Virus record (IMG/VR): IMGVR_UViG_3300028138_000007
Coordinates: 1 to 47,020 of that record
Reading direction: 5' to 3' (one strand)
Source of the DNA: a virus
Taxonomy: Duplodnaviria; Caudoviricetes
DNA length: 47,020 bases
Translations under genes and position numbers: made by a program
Notes under the pieces: generated by a model
What the model was told of the DNA's origin: nothing
Seen by the model: only the letters and a program-made list of their open reading frames with translations
Databases searched by the model: none
In this document: positions 25,186 through 33,656 of the stretch, piece by piece
Numbering within the stretch: the stretch's first letter is position 1
Layout of the letters: each line of letters opens with the position of its first letter

Positions 25186-25902
25186 TCATTTGGAATTGCG
25201 TTCTTGTTCCTCGCTCAGAATCCAGCACCCAGGGTGCAATGCCTTACGTGTTTCCGGTCCCATGTGAGCCAGCTTGAACTCCAAAGGAACGTGCGTTAGG
25301 AGTCGCAAGGGACAAAGGCAGCTTTGGCAGACTCCAAGCTTATCGTCCACGGTGGTTTTCAAGTTACGTTCCGAAAGCTTCTCGAACTGGCGCTTGATGA
25401 TTTCGGAAGCCGGTTTGGTGAACCATTCTTCCAATCCGCCTTTGCCGTTGACTGGACAGTTCACACAGACCTCAGCGCGTTTCTGAGCTAACGCTTTGTC
25501 TACGGCGGGTTCTTTTGATTCCAGCCAATCATTCAAACTGCGCATGCCCTGCCAAACTTTTTTTACTTTATCTGCCGCAACACTTAGTTGCTTTGTATTG
25601 AAGTTGGACAGGGCCTTGAATTTTGGGGGCGGGGCCTCCGATGCTGGTTGGACGATGAATTCCGTCCAGCCGTTGGACTCGCAGATTTTGGCGTTGAAAG
25701 CATCCATCTCAGAAGCGACGGACTGGTAATCCGTGGCCAAGTTGTGCTTGCGCGTGATGTAGGGATTGCCCTGACGATGCGCGATGATCTCTTTCACCCC
25801 GGAGTCAAAAGACCGCCAAGCGGTGATCGTGAAATTGCTCTGGGGCTGGCGGAATTGGAATCCGCCAGGTATGTCCTTATTTCGGTTTTTCAGTTGGGCC
25901 AT
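25186..25902 (-). CDS. conserved-looking hypothetical protein with Cys cluster
   Basis: IPGGFQF; RAEVCVNCP...CQSCLCPL...CW. Confidence 0.7.
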   Translation of the reverse strand: MAQLKNRNKDIPGGFQFRQPQSNFTITAWRSFDSGVKEIIAHRQGNPYITRKHNLATDYQSVASEMDAFNAKICESNGWTEFIVQPASEAPPPKFKALSNFNTKQLSVAADKVKKVWQGMRSLNDWLESKEPAVDKALAQKRAEVCVNCPVNGKGGLEEWFTKPASEIIKRQFEKLSERNLKTTVDDKLGVCQSCLCPLRLLTHVPLEFKLAHMGPETRKALHPGCWILSEEQERNSK

Positions 25903-26105
25903 GTTTCGTCCTTTATTTGTTGGCTGCGATGGATGCGCAGGGTAATGTGCTCGTAGAAAGCGTGTTCATCTTGAGTAAGGAGCTTTATTTTGCAATGCGG
26001 ACAGCGAACCATTTTAATCGGAATTGCACGATGGCACTTTCGGCACCAACCGAAATAGGGTGGATATTTTACGGCAGCCACGTTCGTTTGCTCCGATTCA
26101 GCCAC
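25890..26105 (-). CDS. small Zn-ribbon protein
   Basis: CRKC...CPHC. Confidence 0.5.
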   Translation of the reverse strand: MAESEQTNVAAVKYPPYFGWCRKCHRAIPIKMVRCPHCKIKLLTQDEHAFYEHITLRIHRSQQIKDETWPN

Positions 26106-26251
26106 GTTGAGGTTTCAGAAATGAAACGCACGCAGCGTTCGGTGTGTTCGGGTGAGATGAGATTTTCTAGCCGGTGATAGCGCACGTCTCGCAGGATGCT
26201 GCCGTAAGTGCGCCATCGTGACCATTTGAAAATCATGCCTAACAAATCCAC
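26069..26251 (-). CDS. hypothetical protein
   Basis: GTG start 2 nt after the terminase stop; fills the operon gap. Confidence 0.4.
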   Translation of the reverse strand: MDLLGMIFKWSRWRTYGSILRDVRYHRLENLISPEHTERCVRFISETSTWLNRSKRTWLP

Positions 26252-26253
26252 TT

Positions 26254-28056
26254 TTACGTGGTTTCCGTCAACTCATATCGTTCGCGTATGGCGTAGAGTC
26301 GTTTTCTGAAATCTTTCTTCCAAGTATGGTTGACTCTTAATCCAGAGATGCCGCCGCGAGTAATCACAAACCCCTTTCGGCGTGCTCCTTCGATTCCGGC
26401 AACTAAGCCGTCGAACAAGTCAGGCGATCTGCCGCTTTTCAACTTCATCTCATCTTTGGTTTCTACCTCAATCCGGTTGCCTGCGACAAAGCCCCATTCC
26501 CGCTGGCAACCCTCCATCATCACCTCCTCGGTCAGTCCCCGGAACTGGCACGCCTCGATAATCAGCCGCGCCGAATACCAAAGCTCAGAGACGAACTTTT
26601 TGTAATACTCCCGGCAGGTCACGTCGATTTCCTTGCTCACTGGCCGTTCAGTCGGTGCTCCGCCAAACTCCACGCAACCAACCGCAGGCGACCAGAGACG
26701 AGCGAAAGCCGACATGAGTGTGCCACGTCCGGTCGAATCAAAGAAAACATTCTCAGGCGGTATGCCTCGCTGTTCGCATTGAGCTTTGACGAATAGGGCA
26801 ATCTGATCTTCTGGCATCTCTGGCAGGAGCGCACTGACTGGCACGAGGAAGGTTTCAATCAAAGCCAGGATTTCCTGTTCCTTACCGTCTTTATCCAAGC
26901 CAGTGCCAAATTGAAGTTCCCCGCCTACGCAACGGTCCCCGCCGACACGTCCGTAAGCCGCATCCAAAAAGAATATCTTGGTGCGCTTCTCGGACTTCCA
27001 AACTGGCGCTTCCATAGCCCCAAACTTCAGGCACATCTGGCGGGTGATGACGCGGCGTAATCCTTGCCCACGCGGCATCTTGCCCTCGTCCATCATCGTG
27101 AACTGAAGTGACTCCTTTCCGTAGAACGCAATATCGGCGTCGATCTGTTCCTGATTGATTAGCGGAATGCCAAGTTTGCCGTCCAGATTAGGTGAGTCGC
27201 TGCCGACAAGCTGCACGCAAATTCCTTCAGGGAATCGAATGGGCCAGAACTTGGTTTTTGGTCCTTGATCAATCCCGCCATCCCAGCCGCCTAAGTCAGC
27301 CGATGGCTCACAGATAATCCCAAGGGCATCGGTGGTTTCTTTGGGGTTGCCCAAGACGATTGCTTTAAAGTTTTTGTTTTTGTTCAGGTTTGACAGCGCA
27401 TCGACGTAGGCTCTAGGCATGAATTGACCTTCATCGGCAATCAGCATGACGCGCTTATTTTTGCGTCCTGAAAAAGCGCCTATGCCGACATAATTGCCGC
27501 CCTTTTTGCAACTTACACCCACCATGCCATTGCGCATATCCCGGCCTTCTTCGCCTGTTTCTTCCCGATCATCCGTCACGAGCCTCTGACGTGATTCAAT
27601 CAAATGTCCCGGCAAGTCCGGGTAAATTCTTCTCGCCGCTTTGTGGCCTGATTTAATTTCACCCCAAACACGATCTTCCAGCGTTTCCCGTTCCGTGCTG
27701 GTAACGATGATCGTTGTCTCGTGTGGCCAGATGTAATAGCACATGCGGGCGAAGTCTCCTGATTCATGCGTTTTGCCCGATGAAGCCGGTCCTATGACGC
27801 CAATGATTCGGTGCTCAATAAACTTTTGCAGAAGCAATTCGTTCCACCGATGCCAAACTTTGGCTGGATCGAGAATCTGCTGCAAGCGTTTGTGATGGTA
27901 GAAAAGGCTCTCGCCAGCGAAGTCCCCATTAGACTTTTTCCAGCGTCCGCCGCGCCGAATGCACTCCATTTCAATCTCGGCAGGATGCCAGTCGATAGGC
28001 CAATGCATCGAGTAAAGCAGCCGATACTTCTTGGAACGGTCTAAGGTGCTGGCCAT
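26254..28056 (-). CDS. terL: terminase large subunit
   Basis: Walker A GPASSGKT, Walker B MLIADEG, coupling motif LGNP, nuclease FFLDAAYG..GDRC, FFDSTG, GRSPDLFD. Confidence 0.9.
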   Translation of the reverse strand: MASTLDRSKKYRLLYSMHWPIDWHPAEIEMECIRRGGRWKKSNGDFAGESLFYHHKRLQQILDPAKVWHRWNELLLQKFIEHRIIGVIGPASSGKTHESGDFARMCYYIWPHETTIIVTSTERETLEDRVWGEIKSGHKAARRIYPDLPGHLIESRQRLVTDDREETGEEGRDMRNGMVGVSCKKGGNYVGIGAFSGRKNKRVMLIADEGQFMPRAYVDALSNLNKNKNFKAIVLGNPKETTDALGIICEPSADLGGWDGGIDQGPKTKFWPIRFPEGICVQLVGSDSPNLDGKLGIPLINQEQIDADIAFYGKESLQFTMMDEGKMPRGQGLRRVITRQMCLKFGAMEAPVWKSEKRTKIFFLDAAYGRVGGDRCVGGELQFGTGLDKDGKEQEILALIETFLVPVSALLPEMPEDQIALFVKAQCEQRGIPPENVFFDSTGRGTLMSAFARLWSPAVGCVEFGGAPTERPVSKEIDVTCREYYKKFVSELWYSARLIIEACQFRGLTEEVMMEGCQREWGFVAGNRIEVETKDEMKLKSGRSPDLFDGLVAGIEGARRKGFVITRGGISGLRVNHTWKKDFRKRLYAIRERYELTETT

Positions 28057-28111
28057 CGGAGTAGCATATTGCTGTTGCGCTAGACCTTAGACTGACTTAT
28101 TGATTCGTCAA
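28057..28111. promoter_or_regulatory. Compact divergent promoters for head and tail operons
   Basis: Plus: TTGCGC-17-TATTGAT-6-ATG. Minus: TTGACG-16-TAAGGT and TATGCT-6-ATG. Confidence 0.55.
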
Positions 28112-29877
28112 TGGCCAACGCCAACAACGGTCGAGCAACGCGCCTTGTAACTGGACAAATGGATTGGTCCGGGGGTGTTGATTCTGGCCGTCCTACTACC
28201 ATCCAAAGCACGGTCAACCCCATCGGCATCAAGCCGAACATGTTGGCGTGGCTGATAAACGGCACTGTGCGCGGCGGCGGCATCCTGACCCGAACCGGCT
28301 TTGCCCCACGAGTCCAAGGCGCACCGTGGAGCGGCATCTACAACGGCGGCTACATCTACGATGCCAACGCATCCACTGCCTACGCCATACTGGCCATTGG
28401 CGGGAACATCTGGAAAGTGGACTTGGACACTTATGCCGTCACGAACCTTTCGGCTGCCTTCGGAAAGAGCCTGCCGCCATTGGAGCCGCTTTATCATTTC
28501 GTTCAGGGAGAACAATATCTTGTCATTCAAGCGGGTGATTTGGTGACGAATCCGCTGTTCTGGGATGGGACGACGCTGACCCAATCCAACGGCTATATTT
28601 CCAATGGGAACGCCAACAACCAGATACCGCCTGCTACGTCGATGGACTATTTCATGGGCCGTCTCTGGTATGCGCGGGATCGGAAGTACATCGCCGGTGA
28701 CATTGTGGGTGGAACGCACGGAATCCTAGGCACAACCGAGAACCCATTGGCTTTTTCTGGTGACGGTTTAACCGTTCCAAGCAATGCGGGCGCAATTCGC
28801 ATGATTGCCCATACCGCCGAACTGGACACGGCGCTTGGCCAGGGCCGATTGCTCATTGGGACACCCAAGGCCATCTACCGTTGCGATGTGCCGGTGACTC
28901 GTGACGATTGGAGTGATCCCGCTTTTGCCAATAAGCAGCCCTTGCAGACCGTGGCGCAGATTCGGTATGGGCCAGTCAGTGACCGCAGCGCCGTAGTGGT
29001 GAACGGCGATATGTTTTACCAGTCGCTTGAGCCGTCCATTCGCAGCCTCACGTATTCAATCCGATACTTTCAACAATGGGGCAATGTCCCCATTTCGCGT
29101 AATGAGAACCGAGCCTTGCGATTCAATGACAGGGCGCTTCTTCGGTACTCCAGTGGGATAGAATTCAATAACCGCCTCTTGCAGAGCGTTTTGCCGTACC
29201 AATCCCCGGTCGGTGTGGCTCATCGCGGCATTCTCCCACTGGACTTCGATTTAATCTCGTCGTTGGACGAAAAGCTTCCGCCTGCATGGGAAGGGTTGCT
29301 GGACGGATTGGACTTCCTGCAACTATTGGAAGGTGATTTTGGCGGGTTGCAGCGGGCCTTTGCCGTCTGCGTCTCGCGTAAGACAGGCGAGATTGAGCTT
29401 TGGGAGATCACGGACTCAGATCGCTTCGACGGCGGAAGCGCAGCCAATCGGATTCAGATGACCATTGAAACGCCAGCTTACACCTGGGGCAATCCGATGG
29501 CGCTCAAGGAACTTGAGTCGCTGGAACTTTGGTTTGATAAAATGTTGGGAGAGGTTTCCGTGGAAGTGTTTTACCGTCCTGACGAGTATCCCTGCTGGAT
29601 ATTCTGGAATCGGTTCACGGAATGCACGGCCAAGGATTGCAGCCAAGACCCGGATTTGCCGTCTTGTTACCCGGACAAGCCCTACTGCGAATCGTTCAAG
29701 GCTACGGCAGTTTTGCCAAAACCGCCTACGCCATGCATCAAGGTTAGCGGACGACCGGCGAATCGCGCTTACCAGTTCCAACTAAAAATTGTTGTGACCG
29801 GATGGGCCAGATTGAGAGGGCTTTTAGTTTATGGATTGTCCACTGAAAAGCCCCCTTTCGAGGGTTTAATTTGTTAG
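28111..29877 (+). CDS. tail nozzle / DNA-stabilisation protein (P22 gp10 / T7 gp12-like)
   Basis: 588 aa beta-propeller-like; N..VRGG.ILTRTG, YFMGRLW, FQLKIVVTGWARL; first gene of the tail operon. Confidence 0.7.
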   Translation: MANANNGRATRLVTGQMDWSGGVDSGRPTTIQSTVNPIGIKPNMLAWLINGTVRGGGILTRTGFAPRVQGAPWSGIYNGGYIYDANASTAYAILAIGGNIWKVDLDTYAVTNLSAAFGKSLPPLEPLYHFVQGEQYLVIQAGDLVTNPLFWDGTTLTQSNGYISNGNANNQIPPATSMDYFMGRLWYARDRKYIAGDIVGGTHGILGTTENPLAFSGDGLTVPSNAGAIRMIAHTAELDTALGQGRLLIGTPKAIYRCDVPVTRDDWSDPAFANKQPLQTVAQIRYGPVSDRSAVVVNGDMFYQSLEPSIRSLTYSIRYFQQWGNVPISRNENRALRFNDRALLRYSSGIEFNNRLLQSVLPYQSPVGVAHRGILPLDFDLISSLDEKLPPAWEGLLDGLDFLQLLEGDFGGLQRAFAVCVSRKTGEIELWEITDSDRFDGGSAANRIQMTIETPAYTWGNPMALKELESLELWFDKMLGEVSVEVFYRPDEYPCWIFWNRFTECTAKDCSQDPDLPSCYPDKPYCESFKATAVLPKPPTPCIKVSGRPANRAYQFQLKIVVTGWARLRGLLVYGLSTEKPPFEGLIC

Positions 29878-29895
29878 TTTAACGAAAGAAAAATT

Positions 29896-30408
29896 ATGGC
29901 AGCAGCAACAGTTTACATTAGCGAGTCCAACGGAGCCGGTGAAGTAGTCACCGATAACATCAGCAACCTTAATTTCGGGAGCGTGGATCAGCCGAACATT
30001 GTGGCGGCGAACCATCCGATTATTCAGGGAGAATATGCCTATCGAAAATTTCTGCGTTTCAAAGTCGCTTCGCTTGGCACCAGCACCACTATCAAGGATT
30101 TACGTGTATGGAAAAGTGCCGGTGTATTTCTTACAGGAGAAAACATCATCGGTAGAAATATGCTCAGCACAGGGGCGGCTGTGCCTTATGCTACTCCAAC
30201 GTCTGCTGCGCCTGTAGCGGGAGACGCGAATATTGCAACCAGCGACCCAGGAACCGCTGTTGTTGACATTGGCGGAAACTTGGCTGGAACAATCATTGCA
30301 GCCCCCGCTTACTCCGGTTATTTCAATTTGTTTGAATCAACAACCGCACTTACTCCGGTTGGTCCGGTGAACACCAAGACAATTACCCTACAGTATGACG
30401 AGACATAA
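29896..30408 (+). CDS. putative virion/tail protein (beta-sandwich)
   Basis: Ala/Thr/Gly-rich, ends ITLQYDET; in the tail operon. Confidence 0.6.
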   Translation: MAAATVYISESNGAGEVVTDNISNLNFGSVDQPNIVAANHPIIQGEYAYRKFLRFKVASLGTSTTIKDLRVWKSAGVFLTGENIIGRNMLSTGAAVPYATPTSAAPVAGDANIATSDPGTAVVDIGGNLAGTIIAAPAYSGYFNLFESTTALTPVGPVNTKTITLQYDET

Positions 30409-30452
30409 TTTTCGCCACGAAATATAGGTATTCCGCGAACAACTGCGATCCA

Positions 30453-30812
30453 ATGTTTGATCCAACATGGACATTTGAGTTGGGCGATACAGCGCAACAT
30501 GGCGCAGGACTGCTTTATCCCTCGCTATGGAATCTGCCTGACGCCGACATGTTCAGCGTTCGACTGAAGGGAACGCAGTTGGTTTGCAGGCCCAAGACCG
30601 GCGAAATAAGGCATAATTTTCAGCCGATTCTGTCCGTTTCTCCCGGAAAACTGATTTGGTTTAGGCGCGTCCAGATGGAATTGTCAACCAATGGAGTAGG
30701 CACGCCTAATAAACGATGCGTGTTTTACGGACTTGGCATTAAAAACCAGTCAGGACGATTCGGTTGCAGGCTTTACGAAGACGGGCGCGTTGAGCAAGGG
30801 ATGGAACCGTGA
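30453..30812 (+). CDS. hypothetical protein
   Basis: LIWFRR...FYGLG pattern; GTGA overlap with next gene. Confidence 0.6.
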   Translation: MFDPTWTFELGDTAQHGAGLLYPSLWNLPDADMFSVRLKGTQLVCRPKTGEIRHNFQPILSVSPGKLIWFRRVQMELSTNGVGTPNKRCVFYGLGIKNQSGRFGCRLYEDGRVEQGMEP

Positions 30813-32407
30813 GCGCCCAATCCTTCACGTTGTTATCGGACGCGACGATTGTTGCGCCCAAGACGTTCACGCTCGCCACTGATGCAACAATAGTTGCGCC
30901 CAAGACGTTCGACCTTGCAAGTGACGCCTACATTGTATCAGGAGAAACTGTTATCCTGCTATCCGATGCGGTCATTCGTTCCAATATAGTCCAACTAAAT
31001 TTGACCAGCGATGCGGTCATTGTTCGATTCACGCCCCCGACTCCCCCTGCCATCGCTGCTAAGTTCCTCTGCAAAAATAGGATCAATGATTGTGCCTGCG
31101 ACGATGATCCTGTGTCCAACTACAGCGCCGAAGGGCCGGATTTACAGTTATTCTGTGCGGTCGTGACTTACGAAGCGCCGCCACGGCTTGGCGTATGCGA
31201 TGGCGGCAGCGGGTTCAGCGCCACAGAAGAATGTTGCTCTACAGTATCCTATCAGGACGCTTACTTGTGCGCTCTCCGCAAGGCTCAGGAAAAAATATGG
31301 AGCAAATGGCTGACTGGAACTTGCCCGCCTCCGGGTTGTCCACCGAACTGCGATTTGGGTTGTCCGCCGTTGTGCGCTCCGACGTGTCCGCCGTTCTGTC
31401 CACCTGATTGTCCGCCGCACTGCCCGATCAATCTCTACCTGAATACGTATCAGGTTTGCTCGGTGAATTGCGGTGACGGATCATCTTTCAGTTGGGCTGT
31501 GCCTTACGGAACAGTGGCCGCACTCAGTCAGGCAGAAGCGGATCAGCAAGCGCAAGTGTTGGCCTGCCAGTTGGCCAATCGGAACAAAATTTGTTTCACG
31601 ACGGTTGATCTTCCTATTGGCCATGCTGGCGTTCCTTACAAAGATGATGCAGGAAATCCGGTTCAGATAAAAGCGAAAGGTGGCACGCCATTCATTTCAC
31701 CAACTGACGTTGGTAATATCAATTTCCCAACAGAATGCACGGTGACTACACTGCCGTTCGGGACTCGCATTCCATACCATTACCAAGTGGTTTATGGGGC
31801 GCTTCCGACTGGATTGAGCTTCGATTGCTTTGGAGTTTTGGTTGGAACACCCACCACGAACGGAAATTATGATTTTACGGTGAAAATCACCGATGCCATA
31901 GGGGCCACGCAAACCAAGGATTACGAGATTGTGATAGGGTGTTCGCCTGATCCCATCAAATATCAAGACAGTGGTTACAAGTATTTCCAGATTCCATCCG
32001 ATGGCGTGCCGACTACAGGCTGGCAAGATTTAGCCTTTGATGATTCCACGTGGAACACTGGCCAAGCTGCGTTCGGTAGCGGTGGGGCTTGTCCGTTGCA
32101 ATCTACCGTAAAATCTATCTGGACGGTCAATAGTGACTTACTCGTGCGCCGGAAGGTGAAGATGCAAGCCGGAATGACCAATATCAAGTTCAAGGCGGCA
32201 GTCGATAATAAGATCGTCGAAGTCTGGTTCAATGGCACGCAGATTTCGGGTTCGATTCCTCACGATTTCTGCCCGCATTACGATGATATTAGCGTGAATG
32301 TTCCGGGAGGATTGGTCATTGCTGGAACAAACATCATTGCCGTGAGGGTTCGGGATACAGGGTTGGAAAGCTTTTTTGACATGGCTTTGAAAGCCGATTG
32401 CCCATGA
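30809..32407 (+). CDS. multidomain Cys-rich tail appendage / receptor-binding protein
   Basis: Five ~14-aa N-terminal repeats, Cys-Pro tract, SQAEADQQA motif, Ig-like (He_PIG-type GALPTGLS..GVLVGTPTTNGNYDFTVKITD) and C-terminal carbohydrate-binding jelly roll (GWQDLAFDDSTW..G.AAFG, VDN..EVWFNG, GTNIIAVRV). Confidence 0.75.
   Translation: MSAQSFTLLSDATIVAPKTFTLATDATIVAPKTFDLASDAYIVSGETVILLSDAVIRSNIVQLNLTSDAVIVRFTPPTPPAIAAKFLCKNRINDCACDDDPVSNYSAEGPDLQLFCAVVTYEAPPRLGVCDGGSGFSATEECCSTVSYQDAYLCALRKAQEKIWSKWLTGTCPPPGCPPNCDLGCPPLCAPTCPPFCPPDCPPHCPINLYLNTYQVCSVNCGDGSSFSWAVPYGTVAALSQAEADQQAQVLACQLANRNKICFTTVDLPIGHAGVPYKDDAGNPVQIKAKGGTPFISPTDVGNINFPTECTVTTLPFGTRIPYHYQVVYGALPTGLSFDCFGVLVGTPTTNGNYDFTVKITDAIGATQTKDYEIVIGCSPDPIKYQDSGYKYFQIPSDGVPTTGWQDLAFDDSTWNTGQAAFGSGGACPLQSTVKSIWTVNSDLLVRRKVKMQAGMTNIKFKAAVDNKIVEVWFNGTQISGSIPHDFCPHYDDISVNVPGGLVIAGTNIIAVRVRDTGLESFFDMALKADCP
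31322..31426 (+). repeat. Cys-x3 periodic repeat (CPP-type)
   Basis: CPPPGCPPNCDLGCPPLCAPTCPPFCPPDCPPHCP; imperfect 12-nt TGTCCGCCGNNN units. Confidence 0.85.
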
Positions 32408-32415
32408 CCCTATGC

Positions 32416-32445
32416 TTGACAATCCGCGCCGTTGCCCCGATTGAT
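32416..32445 (+). promoter_or_regulatory. Internal tail-operon promoter
   Basis: TTGACA-17 nt-GATTGAT, 10 nt before ATG 32456. Confidence 0.45.
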
Positions 32446-32455
32446 TGGATTGAGT

Positions 32456-32617
32456 ATGCCTAAAAATACCAGAGTTCACCGATGTGTGGATAAACTCAAA
32501 GCCAAAGGCGGCAAAGGCAATCCCTACGCCATTTGTCAGGCGAGCACCCACCAAAGTTTTGCAACGGGCAAACCGCTGGGCAAAAAGAAATCGCGCAAGC
32601 CGGATTACTACTCTTAA
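32456..32617 (+). CDS. small basic protein (53 aa)
   Basis: MPKNTRVHRCVDKL...NPYAICQAS; RCV..AIC motif typical of small phage virion-region proteins. Confidence 0.65.
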   Translation: MPKNTRVHRCVDKLKAKGGKGNPYAICQASTHQSFATGKPLGKKKSRKPDYYS

Positions 32618-32621
32618 CCCT

Positions 32622-33653
32622 GTGCCATCAAGATACAGACTCATAGATTGGCGAAACTCTCGCGGCCCAGCCACGGTCGGAGTCTGCCAAGGCAATGTCG
32701 CCGATTGCGCCAACATCGTGAACGCCGTCCAGCAGCGTTTAATTCTCGCCCGCGAGGCCGGGGACTCTGGCTGGTTCGGTGCCTGGGCCAAGATGGCTTT
32801 CACGGTCGATGCCAACGGGATTCTGGTTACGCCGCGCTACGTGGCTCGATTGGAACAAATCGCCGTCTGCAATCGAGCGATCAAGGTGCAGAATGCTTTC
32901 TTCGAGTTTTTGGATTATGGAATCGGCCTGCAACCTCAACCGGTCTGCAATTACCTCCAGGCCTACGAGCGTGATTCAGTGCCGACGTTTTCTGATTTGG
33001 TGCCGCCGAATAAGAAGGTGCGCGTTTACGTGACTGACGCCACGGATGTTGGCAAGCGCGTCCTGATTCAAGGCACAGACCAAAATGGAAATACGATCTA
33101 TTCGCTCGATTCACTAGTGCAAATTACCGGAACTTTCGTAGCCTTGGATGCGCCGTTTGCTGATACCGACATGGTGATCAATTCGATCAGCGGGATTCAG
33201 AAGGACGTAACCAACGGCACGGTGAACTTTTTTGAAGTGGACACTGTTGCCGGAGTGGAACGGCTGATTCTTTCGATGGAACCGGGGGAGAAAGTGGCTT
33301 CATATAGAAAATACCTGATCAACGGAATTCCGAATCAATGCGGGTGCAATGGATGCGGCAATCCGTTCCTCGTGTCGGCTATGGTGAAACTGGAATTTAT
33401 TCCGGTGGCAGTCGATACGGATTGGTTAGCCATCCCGAATCTGGAAGCGATAACCGAAGAAGCGCAAAGCATGAGATACTCGACAATGGACTCGCCGAGT
33501 GGTGCACAGTTGGCTGTCAAACATCATACTGACGCCATTCGGTTGCTTCAGGGCCAGCTTGTGCATTACCTTGGCAAGAATCGGCCTGCGATTTCATTTT
33601 ACCCTTTCGGAAGTGCCAAACTTGAACGGCAACAGATTGGGTCGATGCTCTGA
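32622..33653 (+). CDS. head-tail adaptor / tail tubular protein A-like
   Basis: Likely GTG 32622; IVNAVQQRLI N-terminal helix and C-terminal DAIRLLQGQL helix typical of podoviral adaptors. Confidence 0.6.
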   Translation: MPSRYRLIDWRNSRGPATVGVCQGNVADCANIVNAVQQRLILAREAGDSGWFGAWAKMAFTVDANGILVTPRYVARLEQIAVCNRAIKVQNAFFEFLDYGIGLQPQPVCNYLQAYERDSVPTFSDLVPPNKKVRVYVTDATDVGKRVLIQGTDQNGNTIYSLDSLVQITGTFVALDAPFADTDMVINSISGIQKDVTNGTVNFFEVDTVAGVERLILSMEPGEKVASYRKYLINGIPNQCGCNGCGNPFLVSAMVKLEFIPVAVDTDWLAIPNLEAITEEAQSMRYSTMDSPSGAQLAVKHHTDAIRLLQGQLVHYLGKNRPAISFYPFGSAKLERQQIGSML

Positions 33654-33656
33654 TTT

